DNA of 64,000 bases. Source: Octopus sinensis (lineage: Eukaryota). The number at the start of each line of letters is the position of its first letter. Within the stretch, counting starts at the first letter, position 1. Positions 23,028 through 34,470 of the stretch are shown here, piece by piece. Below the pieces are notes generated by a model. It had not been told where the DNA came from and did not search any database. It was given only the letters and a program-made list of their open reading frames with translations. Location of the stretch: positions 23,374,001 through 23,438,000 of the forward strand of contig NC_043008.1 of NCBI RefSeq assembly GCF_006345805.1, written 5' to 3'. The position numbers and the translations under genes were made by a program.

Positions 23028-25170
23028 ACCCCTCAGTTAGATTGATTTGTCCTTCTAAATCCGATATTGGCATTGACAGGGTAATACCTGTCCTTAAGTC
23101 TAAAATTTGATAAGCCCTCTGGTCTGATACCCAAGAGGTGTTTGGATGGCTCAAGCTTCTAGAAATTAGTAAGACTTATAAATTCTTGCAACTAGATATA
23201 GAGAGCTACTATGCCACTATCAACCTGATCGTTCTTAATCAAGCCCTGATTTTTGGCATGAAAATTCTGATTTGTCCCAACATGAAATAGATATACTTGC
23301 TGCATGAGCCACTCTAGATTAGACAGGGAAAATGCATTTGATATAGCAATGGGCTCACATGATTCTGCTCAGGCTAGTGACCTAGTTGAAATATATATTC
23401 TTTCATTAATCCAGTCTTCCTTTCCTGAAGTAACAGGTGGTCTATATAGGGATGACGCCTTATTTGTTTCTAGACAGAAGTAGTAAAGTACAGTTAGAAA
23501 GGCACAGGAAAAATTCCTTTAGACTTTTCAAAAATTTAGGACTAAACATTACTATAGGTAAAGATAATCGTAGAGTGAATTTTCTTGACGCTACCATCTG
23601 TCTTGATACTGGATTATTTGAACCATTTCATAAACCGAATGATCATATTGAGTACATTAATGTAGCATCGAACCATCCACCCTCGATTATAGGGGACTAG
23701 TTAAGAATATTTCTACAAGAATTTCTAGATTATCTGCTAACAATAAAATTTTTGAATCTCATGCATCTTATTATAATGATGCTCTAGCTAGGGCTGGGTA
23801 CTGTGAAAGAATTTAATATATACAAGAAGAAGGCATAAACAACACTGGTAATTCCTACAACTGTGATGCATATCGTATACCACCACAATATTACTCACTC
23901 AGATAAAGAACACAGGCCAGAAAAAATTGGTCATATCAATGAACTACCAATGAAAACTCATAGGCACATGCAACATAATAATTCAACTACTTGTTCCAAT
24001 CCTATACAACACACTCAATCAAATAAGCCTAACAACAGATATAGGAATCAGGATGTCCTCTGGTTCAACCCAATTTTTGGTTTGCATGTTTTAACCAAGA
24101 TTGCTGGAAAATTTTTTGCTGCTTTGGACAAGTGTTTTCCTAAATCTAATTGGTATAATACCATTTTTAATCAACACACCGTGAAGGTATCCTATGCCAA
24201 CTCTGCTAATTTAGAGCAGCTTATGCATTGCATAAACAATAGCAAAATGTGGCAAAGGTTCAATAACCCACCTACTGGATCTAGTGAACATTTGCATCTA
24301 AATACCAACCAAAGAGAGGTAAACCACATTGATAAACACCAACTACGACCAATTTGTAGTAGTAGAAATACTCATGGTACAACTAACATGGTAACAATGC
24401 CAGTTAATGGAGTCAGGACTGCCTTATATACAAATAAATACAATAAATGCTCATGCAGAGATAAATCAAAATGTCCTTTGATGAATCTCTGTTTGAGTAC
24501 AAATCTTGTATATAAATGTACCGTGCACACAAGGGGAGGGCCCTATGTTTACATTAGGCAGATGGCTGATTCATTTAAGAATTGTTATCATAACCATGTT
24601 GCCAGCTTTAAGACAATCAATAAGAGGCATTCAACATCTTTGGCAGATTTTGTATGGTGACTGAACGAGGATAAAATAAAGTACAGCTTTTATTGGTCCG
24701 TAGTAAGTTATGCAAAACCATACAGTATAATTTCCAGGTGATGCTGTCTCTGCCCCGAGGAATCCCTGTCTGTTCTGTGGACTAACAAAAAGATAACTAG
24801 TAGAATTTCTGAGCGACTCTCATGATGCCTACACACATATAAATGTACTTTCGCACAATGCAGTGAGAAAGAATTTTGAGTAACCATTAACTTAATTTAA
24901 TTTAATTTAGGATATGGATGACTTAAGTTTACATTTAACCTCCCCATCCTTATAAACACCAAGTAAATAACTAACTCGCTTTGTGATCATGTATGTATCA
25001 GTCGCCATACATACATATATATATATCCTTTAATTTTGTTTATGGGAAATGTTTTGAATATGCATATAAAAGCTGCTATTCTATTATGCCAGCTACCATC
25101 TAATGATGCCAACTGGTGATACCAGTTTATTGGAGTTACATCAAACTGTGCCGATATATGTAAGATAAAT
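23028..25170 (+). mobile_element. Penelope-like element relic (RT plus GIY-YIG)
   Basis: RLICPSKSDIG, GLYRDDA, VNFLDATI, SNHPPSII, VLWFNP, CPLMNLCLSTNLVYKC..VYIRQMADSFKNCYHNH. Confidence 0.9.
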
Positions 25171-25177
25171 ATAGTAA

Positions 25178-27855
25178 TGTTGCGATGAGAGTCATGATGT
25201 CCTCTTGTGAGAAATAGACTGGACTGAATGATTATAAATAGTAGCAGTTGGATGTGGTGAGGCTGGAATGAAGTTTGTGTGTTAGTTCAAGTAGAGTTCA
25301 CAGTGAAGTTGAAAGTTGGTTAGTTCATTTGGAATATTGAGTGTTAGCTTGTGAATAGATTGTTGGATCATTACATTGTTATTATGGCTGCATCATTATC
25401 TTGTTTACTATACTGGTACAGTGTATCTAAACCATCCGTCACAATATTGTGGCATTGCTGCAACATTTGGAGATAGAGGATACAACTTCTGGTAACAAGG
25501 TTTTGAAGCTCACGTAGGTTATATAACAATTTGTTCTTGATACAACTTACTAAATGATTGAACACCTATTAGCTTCTATAATGCAGTTGAAAAAGCAACA
25601 ACAAGAACAGCAACAGGAGTTGCAGAAGCAATTAGTACAGCAACAACTACAACAGCAACAATTATTGGAGCTATACGCAAAGTTGTTGAAAAATGCGGTA
25701 AGTTCATTTTCACCAGACTGCGTATCAAACTCAATAACAGAATTCAGTTATAATCCACATTTGCAGCATACTACGGAAGGTACAAGGAGATTTTTAAGGA
25801 AGATTGCAAAACATGGTTGGATGAAGAAAAAGTTAGGTTATTATTACAACAACATTACATTGATTGATACTGTAATTTCATATTGCCCAAAAAGTCTAGT
25901 GAAATTTGCTTTCAGGAAACAATCAAATTACTGTTTAATATGTTCGGTGATAAAACTTCTCTGTTTAATACTTGAATGGAGTGTTAGAATTTAACTAAAA
26001 AAGAGGATGATGACTTTATTACATATGCAGGAACAGTCAACAGAATGTATGAAAGTTTTAAACTTAAAGAACTTACTCCTGAGATGTTTAAGTGCCTCAT
26101 TTTTGAACGAGGCCTTACAGCAAATGATGATACAGAAATATGAGCAAGAATTCTTTCAAAACTTAAACAAGCAAACTAAGATTTAATCCTACAGACTGTT
26201 ACAGAGTGTCAAAGGATGGAGAACCTGAAACACAAGAAGAGGATTTCACAAAAATCCAGATAAGTCGACTAAGAAAGTATAACCAAAGAAGATTGCTAGG
26301 TCCTAATCCATGTTACGGATGTGGAGGCCTACATTTCATAAAAATAAGGAAATTTGTACACGTAAAAGTAAACAGAGTAAATGTTAAATGACAACTGGAT
26401 ACTGGTAGTGACATTTCTATCATTAATACTGACATGTGGAAGAAAATAGGTAAACCTATGTTAAGAAAAACAGCAAAAACTGCACATGGTGTGATGTGGG
26501 ATAAACTACACTTTGTCGTTGAAATGTGGAATGATGTCACATTTTGAGGAAAAACTTGCAAGGTAAAAGTTTTTGTCATAAAGAATGGAACCAATCTGTT
26601 TAGTACTGACTGGTTGGAGTTATTTGATTTATGGGATCTCCCAATAAGCTGTACTGTAAAAAATTAAATGGCTGCCCCATCAGTGAAAAGAACTCAGCAG
26701 CTGAATTGAAGAAAAAAATTAATTAAAAATGTTATGTGTAATGTCATTCATGAACTGCCAGTGATAGCGCACAATAAAAAAAAAAATGAAATCCATAGAG
26801 GATAATTACATTACAAGAATGAAAGAAATGTTGAAAAAAGCAAAATGAAAATATAAGTTTGAATAATTTTTCACTATGCGATGATGTTTTAATGTATGCA
26901 CAAAGAGTGGTAGTACCAACTGCACTATAGAAACGAGTGCAGAAATTTTACAGTAGACACCCAAGAATGTCAAGAATGAAAGCCTTAATGCAAAGCTATG
27001 TATATTGGCCAACAATGGACCAGGACATTGAAAATTGTGTAAAGCCATGTAGAGCTTGTGCGCTAGCAGCCAAAGCACCACCGATGAAATGCTAAATGTG
27101 GCCTGAGATGGATAGCCTGAGATGCTCAACTGAGATGCACATGCTATTTAATCATTGTTGATAGCAGTACAAAGTGGCCAGAGGTATGCAGGTCAACAAA
27201 CCAACTGCAAAGACAATAAAGTTCCTGTATGAATTATTTGCCCGATACAGTGTTTCAGACATGTTGGTATCAGATAATGGAACACAATGTACGGGTAGTG
27301 AATTCAAAAACTTCTTCAAAATACATGCAATAAAGCATATTTTTACCTCACCCTACTGCCCATACCCCAAAATGAAAGGAAACAGTAATGGAAGTCTGCT
27401 ATGACATGTTTGAGGTGTCAGTACCAAAAGAGATTGAGCCTCAAAGAAGTAGCCGTAGAAAAAGGAAACAGACTGTATACTTAGAAATAATGCCAAAATG
27501 AAAAACGTATTAAATTAAAAAAAAAGAAAGAGTGAGGGAGAGGTGCTGGAAAAAATGAATTTCATTTCTTATGGAAGTTGTAATCTCCAAGGGGAAGATG
27601 TGATGAGAGTTACGATGTCCCCTTGAGAGAAATAGACTGGACCGAGTGATTATAAATAGTAGTAGTTGAAGTGAAGTTTGTGTGTTAGTTAGAGTTGAGT
27701 TCACAGTGAAGTCAGAAGTTGGTTAGTTCATTTGGAATATTGAGTGTCGGTTTGTAAATAGATTGTTGGATCGTTACGTTGTTATTATGGCTGCATTGTT
27801 ATCTTGTTTACTGTTACTACACTGGTACAGTGTATCTAAACTATCTGTCACAATA
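25178..27855 (+). mobile_element. Ty3/Gypsy (K02A2.6-like) LTR element with RT and RNase H deleted
   Basis: Homologous LTRs at 25178-25446 and ~27596-27855, PPT aaggggaag, gag-like relics, protease QLDTGSDISII, integrase (YVYWPTMDQDIE, LVSDNGTQ). Confidence 0.88.
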
Positions 27856-28104
27856 CCACGACATTTGGAGACCAAGTAATAACAATAATAATCCTTGGAT
27901 GGAATTTATAAATATTTTAATGCATCAGTACATGCATTTCCACAAGTTACATGTTTTTTAAGATCATAGTCCGCATTCCTGAAATGATTACAGTACAGAC
28001 ATAGTATCCACGAACACCAGGTAGATCATGTTCATGCAGTCATTTCTTTGGGCAAAATAGCATTAATGGACATTTAAGTGAGGGTTGTTTACCAATTTTG
28101 TGCG

Positions 28105-28672
28105 ATGAGAAGGTTGATTGGGACATGTGGGCATTTCTGTGTGTATTTGGTGAGGAAGTGTGGAAGGGGATGGAAAGAAATGTAGGAATGGTAGTTATAA
28201 AGAGGTGGAAGTGTGTGTGATGATGTTGGACTTATTTTACTATTTGAGTATAAAATAGTTTGACCACCTTTAGTATATAGTAGAACAAGGGGACAACACA
28301 AACAACTAAACAAAATAACCACTATTTTCATAATACTATATACTATATACCACCAAAAGTAATTAAAAAATCACTTCAAAAAAATATCATTTGTCACCTC
28401 AGACAATGAACTCCAACAACTGGATAAATGTAGTGGCTGTATTTGCTGACCTGACTACTTTGTATTCACTGAGGCAGGGGTCTACTGGGAATAAGATCAA
28501 AGAAAAGAACCATCCTGACATCTGCAAACTCAAATAGTAAAATAAGTCCAACATCACCACACATACTTCCACCTCTTTATAACTACCATTTCTTCATTTC
28601 TTTCCATCACCTTCTACCCCACCCCATCAGATACACACAGAAGCGCCCACATACCTCAATCAACTTTCTCAT
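28105..28672. repeat. Inverted repeat pair (145-bp arms 28105-28249 and 28528-28672)
   Basis: gatgttggacttattttactatttgagt vs actcaaatagtaaaataagtccaacatc, continuing across both arms. Confidence 0.8.
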
Positions 28673-28900
28673 TCTTTTACTTGTTTCAGTCATTTGACTA
28701 CAGCCATGCTGGAGCACTGCCTTTAGTCGAGAAAATCGACCCCAGGACTTATTCTTTGTAAGCCTAGTACTTATTCTATCGGTCTCTTTTGCCGAACTGC
28801 TAAGTTATGGGGGTGTAAACACACCAGCATCAGTTGTCAAGTGATGTTGGGGGGATAAACACAGATACACAATCATATACACACACATACATATATATAC
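28673..28900 (-). mobile_element. tRNA-derived SINE 3' half
   Basis: tcttttacttgtttcagtcatttgactacagccatgctggagc. Confidence 0.85.
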
Positions 28901-29302
28901 TCTTTTACTTGTTTCAGTCATTTGACTGCGGCCATGCTGGAGTACCGCCTTTAGGCGAGTAAATTGACCCCGGGACTTATTCTTTGTAAGCTCAGTACTT
29001 ATTCTATCGGTCTCTTTTGCCGAACCACTAAGTGACAGGGGACGTAAACACACCAGCATTGCTAGCAATGCTAGAGGGACAGACACACAAACATATACAC
29101 ACACATACATATATATATATATACACACACATATATACGACAGGCTTCTTTCAGTTTCTGTCTACCAAATCCACTCACAAGGCTTTGGTCAGCCCAGGGC
29201 TATTGCAGAAGACACTTGCCCAAGATGCCACGCAGTGGGACTGAACCCGGAACCATGTGGCTGGTTAGCAAGCTACTTACCACACAGCCACTCCTGCGCC
29301 TA
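28901..29302 (-). mobile_element. tRNA-derived SINE, full length (octopus OK/OR-type; exact family uncertain)
   Basis: Minus-strand head aggcgcaggagtggctgtgtggtaag..ggttccgggttcagtccc (A/B-box-like), body and tail. Confidence 0.9.
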
Positions 29303-29462
29303 TGTATATATATAGTTAAGTAATTGAGATTCTAGTGAATTCTAAAGAATTCACATGAATATGGTCCTTAACTAGGATGCACCGGAAATCTATATGGTGT
29401 TAACCATACGACAAGTGGGGTGATTACAAATAGGAAAAAAGCAACAAGAATGGATTAAAATC

Positions 29463-29546
29463 TCGGTACGATCGTTTCGTACGAGGACATCTTTAATAAG
29501 CTACAAAAAATGCAGTGAATACAGATGGCTCGAACTCGTCAGTCGA
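29463..29546 (-). ncRNA. Type-I hammerhead (CUGACGA core, long stem II) in the 3' pLTR
   Basis: tcga-CTGACGA-gttcgag..ctcgtac-GAAA-cgatcg-TA-ccga; the first stem-I pair is mismatched in this copy. Confidence 0.75.
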
Positions 29547-30774
29547 AAAAATATCAGAGAATTCCCAAACATCAAAAGGGGTAGATACAAAAGAGGTTGT
29601 AAGATTAACTGCATTGAAGAAAGTTCGATTCATGGAGATCCGATGAAAGGTTTTAAACCTATAGAATTTATGCATGTCTACATATAGCTCATATTGAATA
29701 TTTGATCAAGTTGTATGAAGAAATTTTCGGATACAGTCATGCAAAATTTCTGAAAATCCGAGTAAGAGGCAAAGTGATTGCCATATCATGTAGAGGAAGG
29801 TCTGAGTAAAAGCATAGTGACTGTCATATCGTGTAGAGGAACAGATTGTTATTGAAATTTACAAGAATCGCAGATAAGTTCGATTTTTTGGAGATCCGAT
29901 GAAAAAGTCTTGAACTTACAAAATTTGTGTATGTCCTTATAGTTCATAATCCAGTTTTGGGGAGAGATTTAGGGTACAATCATGCGAAAATATCAGGGAA
30001 TCCAAATGAGAAGCAAAATGACGGTCTTATATTGTAGTGGTTCAGGTTGTTAATGAGATTTTCAAGAATCACAGAAAGAGGAGGAAGGAGGTAGGAATTT
30101 AATCAGTTACTGCTATTTAAACTGTCAAAGAGAAAGGAAAGGGGAAGCTAAGGGGATGGGCACAATTTGATACTAACAAAAAAGTCTAAGTTTGTTTAGA
30201 AAAAAATTCGAACTGAGGTCAACAATTTATTTCTTTATTTATATATGTTACTATTAATAGATTGTCAGGTTACAAAGAGGTCATTAGAAAGGAAAGAAGA
30301 ATGGGGTAGTTTTTAAATGAAATTAAACAATTATATTATTATTATACTATACACTACACTATATTATATTATATTAAATTATTATTTTATTATTTTAATA
30401 TATTATATCCCATCACAATACACTACGATAGGTCTGGGATTAGCAGAATTAATTTTTTAAATGTAAAAGAAATTAAGAGATTTAACTAACTAATATTTGT
30501 AATGGGATAAAAAATAGACTAAGAAATGGAGATAAAAATAGAGCAAAATTTAATTTACTATAATATGGTCCAATAGAAAAAAATCAAATAATTTAAGTCA
30601 ATAAGTATTAAATAGTACCATCAGAGAGAGAAAAAATTATAATCATAGCTAGTTAGAACTTATCTTTCTAGTTAAATATATAATATACTATGTAGGAGTG
30701 ATATGTAAGTCAAAATGAATTTTATGTAAAATGATTCCAGTATACAGTTATCAATTGAGATATGATTTAAAATA

Positions 30775-31887
30775 TCATTTAAAATATTTAAGAGTCTTAA
30801 ACCGAGCATGTATACAAGAATTTCCAAGTTCAATTCTGCTGTTTAATTGAATTTCTCCATTATTTCTATACATTAGAATTTCAAATGCTTCCATGGAGCA
30901 AAGTTGGCAGCCTACTCTGCTATTTTTATAGGGTTTTGCTCTTCTGACTAATTCCCAATTAAGGTTATATTTGATATTATTGTTTTTTAGTTCCCAAATT
31001 TTACTAGAAAGAGTAGTGCTATCAGCCTTATGACGTAATTTAAAAGATGAGAGATGGTTATTCAATCTCTGTTTAAAATTTACAGTGCATCCAACATAAG
31101 AGAACTTATTATTATCTGTGGTTACGGAGCACTTATAGATTATGTTAATTAACCCGCATAAATCAAGGGCCGGGCATTTTGATTTAATTCTGCAATTACA
31201 TCTAGGGGCATTATAATTAGAGGTGGAATACCTTGAGGATAGAAGTCTTATATTACTGTTGCTCGAAGCAGAGCGGGTAAATTTATCATGATTTTGATTA
31301 TTGTTATTATCTAAAAAAACTCTATCATTATTGTAGTTAATATCTAAAACAGTATTATCATTTATAGGTATTCCTACATTTTCATTTGGTTCTAAAGCCC
31401 TACTTTCATTATTATTATTATTGGTGCTGCTATCTAAAATAATGTTATCATTATTGCAGTTGATGTTATCTCCTAAAGTAGTATTATCATTTGTCGGTAT
31501 TCCTACACTATCGTTTGGTTCTATAACTCTACTATCATAGCTGATATTGTTGATGCTATTAGTATTGTTGTCGATATTGTTATCCAGATGTATAGTGTTG
31601 TTGCTGATAGTGTTGTTACTCTCATTCACTGTACTTAAATTCATGGTATTATTCCTATTACTAACATAATCATTCCTATTTATGTTATTATTGATATTAA
31701 CAATTCCATGGTTTTTGGTTATATTTATTTTATGACATTCGTTATTGTTATTATTATTATTATTGTTGCAATTATTACTTTTCGTACTGTTATTACAATT
31801 TTCCGTTGTATTTTTATTTTTATTTATTAAATTATTTCTGGCTAGTTTTATGTTATTATTATTGATCTTAGCTATTAAAGTGGACAT
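30775..31887 (-). pseudogene. PLE linker (Asn-rich) plus GIY-YIG endonuclease ORF fragment
   Basis: 370-aa ORF ending in CNCRIKSKCP..YKC..YVG..RLNNH..CQLCSME. Confidence 0.85.
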
Positions 31888-32569
31888 ATTTGGGAGAGTT
31901 GAATAAGAAATTCTGACTGTTTTTTTAGAAATAATTTTATGATATCTATGAGAGGATGGGAAATTTTTTTCTAGAATTGTTTTGAATCTACCCTGAATAT
32001 CTGATGAAACCGCATAGTTAAAAGGGATGTTTAGCCATATTATGTCTTTCTTATTAAATTTCTTAGAATTAGAGTTAGGGCTGCTAGAATTTTTCCCACT
32101 AGAGTTAGGGTTATTAGAATTAATCGTCCCATCATCAGATTCTTTGTATTTATTAATGTTCCTGGATTATGAACTATAAGGACATACACAAATTTTGTAA
32201 GTTGAAGACTTTTTCATCGGATCTCCAAAAAATCGAACTTATCTGCGATTCTTGTAAATTTCAATAACAATCTGTTCCTCTACACGATATGACAGTCACT
32301 ATGCTTTTACTCAGACCTTCCTCTACATGATATGGCAATCACTTTGCCTCTTACTCGGATTTTCAGAAATTTTGCATGACTGTATCCGAAAATTTCTTCA
32401 TACAACTTGATCAAATATTCAATATGAGCTATATGTAGACATGCATAAATTCTATAGGTTTAAAACCTTTCATCGGATCTCCATGAATCGAACTTTCTTC
32501 AATGCAGTTAATCTTACAACCTCTTTTGTATCTACCCCTTTTGATGTTTGGGAATTCTCTGATATTTTT

Positions 32570-32653
32570 TCGGCTGACGAGTTCGAGCCATCTGTATTCA
32601 CTGCATTTTTTGTAGCTTATTAAAGATGTCCTCGTACGAAACGATCGTACTGA
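32570..32653 (+). ncRNA. Type-I hammerhead (CUGACGA core) in the inverted pLTR copy
   Basis: tcgg-CTGACGA-gttcgag catct..agatg ctcgtac-GAAA-cgatcg-TA-ctga: 4-bp stem I with one G-U pair, palindromic stem III, GUA triplet. Confidence 0.8.
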
Positions 32654-32682
32654 GATTTTAATCCATTCTTGTTGCTTTTTTT

Positions 32683-32721
<39 letters not shown>

Positions 32722-32818
32722 ACAATTTCTTTAAGTAGTGGAAATGGCTAAAAAACTTTTTTGGCTGCTATTTCTAGAAAGTTCAGTATGTGGCAAAGTA
32801 ATTTATTTTACTAAGCCC

Positions 32819-32995
<177 letters not shown>

Positions 32996-32996
32996 G

Positions 32997-33157
32997 ACGG
33001 GCTTCTTTCAGTTTCCATCTACCAAATCCACTCACAAGGCTTTGGTTGGCCCAAGGCTATAGTAGAAGACACTTGCCCAAGGTGCCATGCAGTGGGACTA
33101 AACCTGGAACCATGTGGTTGGTAAGCAAGCTACTTAACACACAGACACTCCTGTGCC
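32997..33157 (-). mobile_element. tRNA-derived SINE head half
   Basis: Matches 29135-29300. Confidence 0.8.
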
Positions 33158-33382
33158 TGGTCAAAATTGATAAACAGCCCTCTATTAAACATCCATTAAT
33201 GCATGAACATAATCTACCCAGTGTTCATGGATACTATGGACTGCACAGTAATCATCCCAGGAATATGGACTATGATCTTAAGATAAATGTGATTTGTGGA
33301 AACGCATGTAGTGATGCATTAAAATATTTATAAATTCCATCCAAGGAGTATTTTGTTATTATAATATATAAATATATATATA

Positions 33383-33457
33383 TAGTTAAGTTAAGTTAAG
33401 TTAAGTTAAGTTAAGTTAAGTTAATTTTTTGGCTCAAAAAGCAAAAAGCAAGGCCAT
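33383..33457 (-). repeat. (GTTAA)n pentamer tract with adjoining short repeat fragment
   Basis: Eight gttaa units are visible; possibly a retroelement tail. Confidence 0.6.
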
Positions 33458-33480
33458 ATATATATTATAATTATATATTT

Positions 33481-34121
33481 AATTATAACAAGAGCTTGGC
33501 TTGTACCTCACCATGCACTGAAAAATAGACATCAAAAGACACTATTACCACTATAAATTCTCTGAGAAAAACACACTGCATAATAGGCTGGTAGAAGAAA
33601 GAAAATGAATTACAACTTTGGTTAACCACATACATGATCGTGTTTTGGGCTTAAAGTAATAAAAAAAAATGTTACGTTTTTGCCTTCATCAGTGTCGGTA
33701 TACCCAGGCGTATAAATATGAGTGGCTACGGATATGCAAGTGAGCTGCGCCTTCGCTTATCTTATTTTCGTCGAGACTTACATAGATATGCTGCGAAGTA
33801 GAATTCATATTCTTCTCTTATAACCACGTGCAGTGTGCTAAAGATCAAGTCTGCAGTAAAATACAGTTTTGATCAAGGAGTAAATATTTTTTCAAATATT
33901 AATTATAATAACAATAAAGGGTAAAATCATAAATGATTTTTACCAAGTGGTCAGCGAAACACGATCATGTATGTGGTTAACCAAAGTTGTAATTCATTTT
34001 CTTTCTTCCACTAGCCTATTATGCAGTGTGTTTTTCTCGGAGAATTTATGGTGGCAATAGTGTCTTTTGACATTAATTTTCAGTGCGTGGTGATGTGCAA
34101 GCCAATGCCCTTGTTATAATT
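33481..34121. mobile_element. MITE-like foldback (165-bp TIRs 33481-33645 and 33957-34121)
   Basis: Reverse-complementary arms, e.g. gaattacaactttggttaaccacatacatgatcgtgttt vs aaacacgatcatgtatgtggttaaccaaagttgtaattc. Confidence 0.8.
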
Positions 34122-34359
34122 ATGTATATAGACATAATATAATGTCTTAAAGTTGATGAATACCATCTCTTGATCCCCTCCATTTTCTTATTGCTGTATA
34201 AATAATTTTTTACCCTCACCCATTTATTACACTTGGTAATGTAATTGCCATGCAATGAAAAACACGTGTGTATTAATAATTGGGTATTCTACCAGCAGTA
34301 TACTGGATAGATATTATCCCTTAGTTGGTTGGATTCACAACCTCTAACTCTCTCGGAAT

Positions 34360-34407
<48 letters not shown>

Positions 34408-34415
34408 TATGTACA

Positions 34416-34446
<31 letters not shown>

Positions 34447-34470
34447 CATATATATATACATATATATATA

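Larger units (their letters stand above)
29311..32686 (-). mobile_element. Young 5'-truncated Penelope-like element with inverted pLTR copy
   Basis: Inverted repeats 29431-29954 and 32162-32686, almost identical. Between them lie PLE C-terminal motifs IIWLNIPF, TVRISYSTLPNM and a GIY-YIG domain (IIYKCSV..FSYVGCTVNFKQRLNNH). Confidence 0.9.

Noticed and set aside
25095-25160. Hammerhead at the 3' end of the + strand PLE (CTAATGA..aactgg/ccagtt..CAAA)
   Set aside because: Both core halves are mutated and stems I/III cannot be assigned; at most a relic.
25554-25994. Poly-Q transcription factor
   Set aside because: It is the Q-rich N-terminus of Gypsy gag; the element at ~61370 has the same feature.
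30775-31887. Asn-rich host protein
   Set aside because: It ends in a PLE GIY-YIG domain and is contiguous with upstream PLE motifs inside a pLTR-bounded element.
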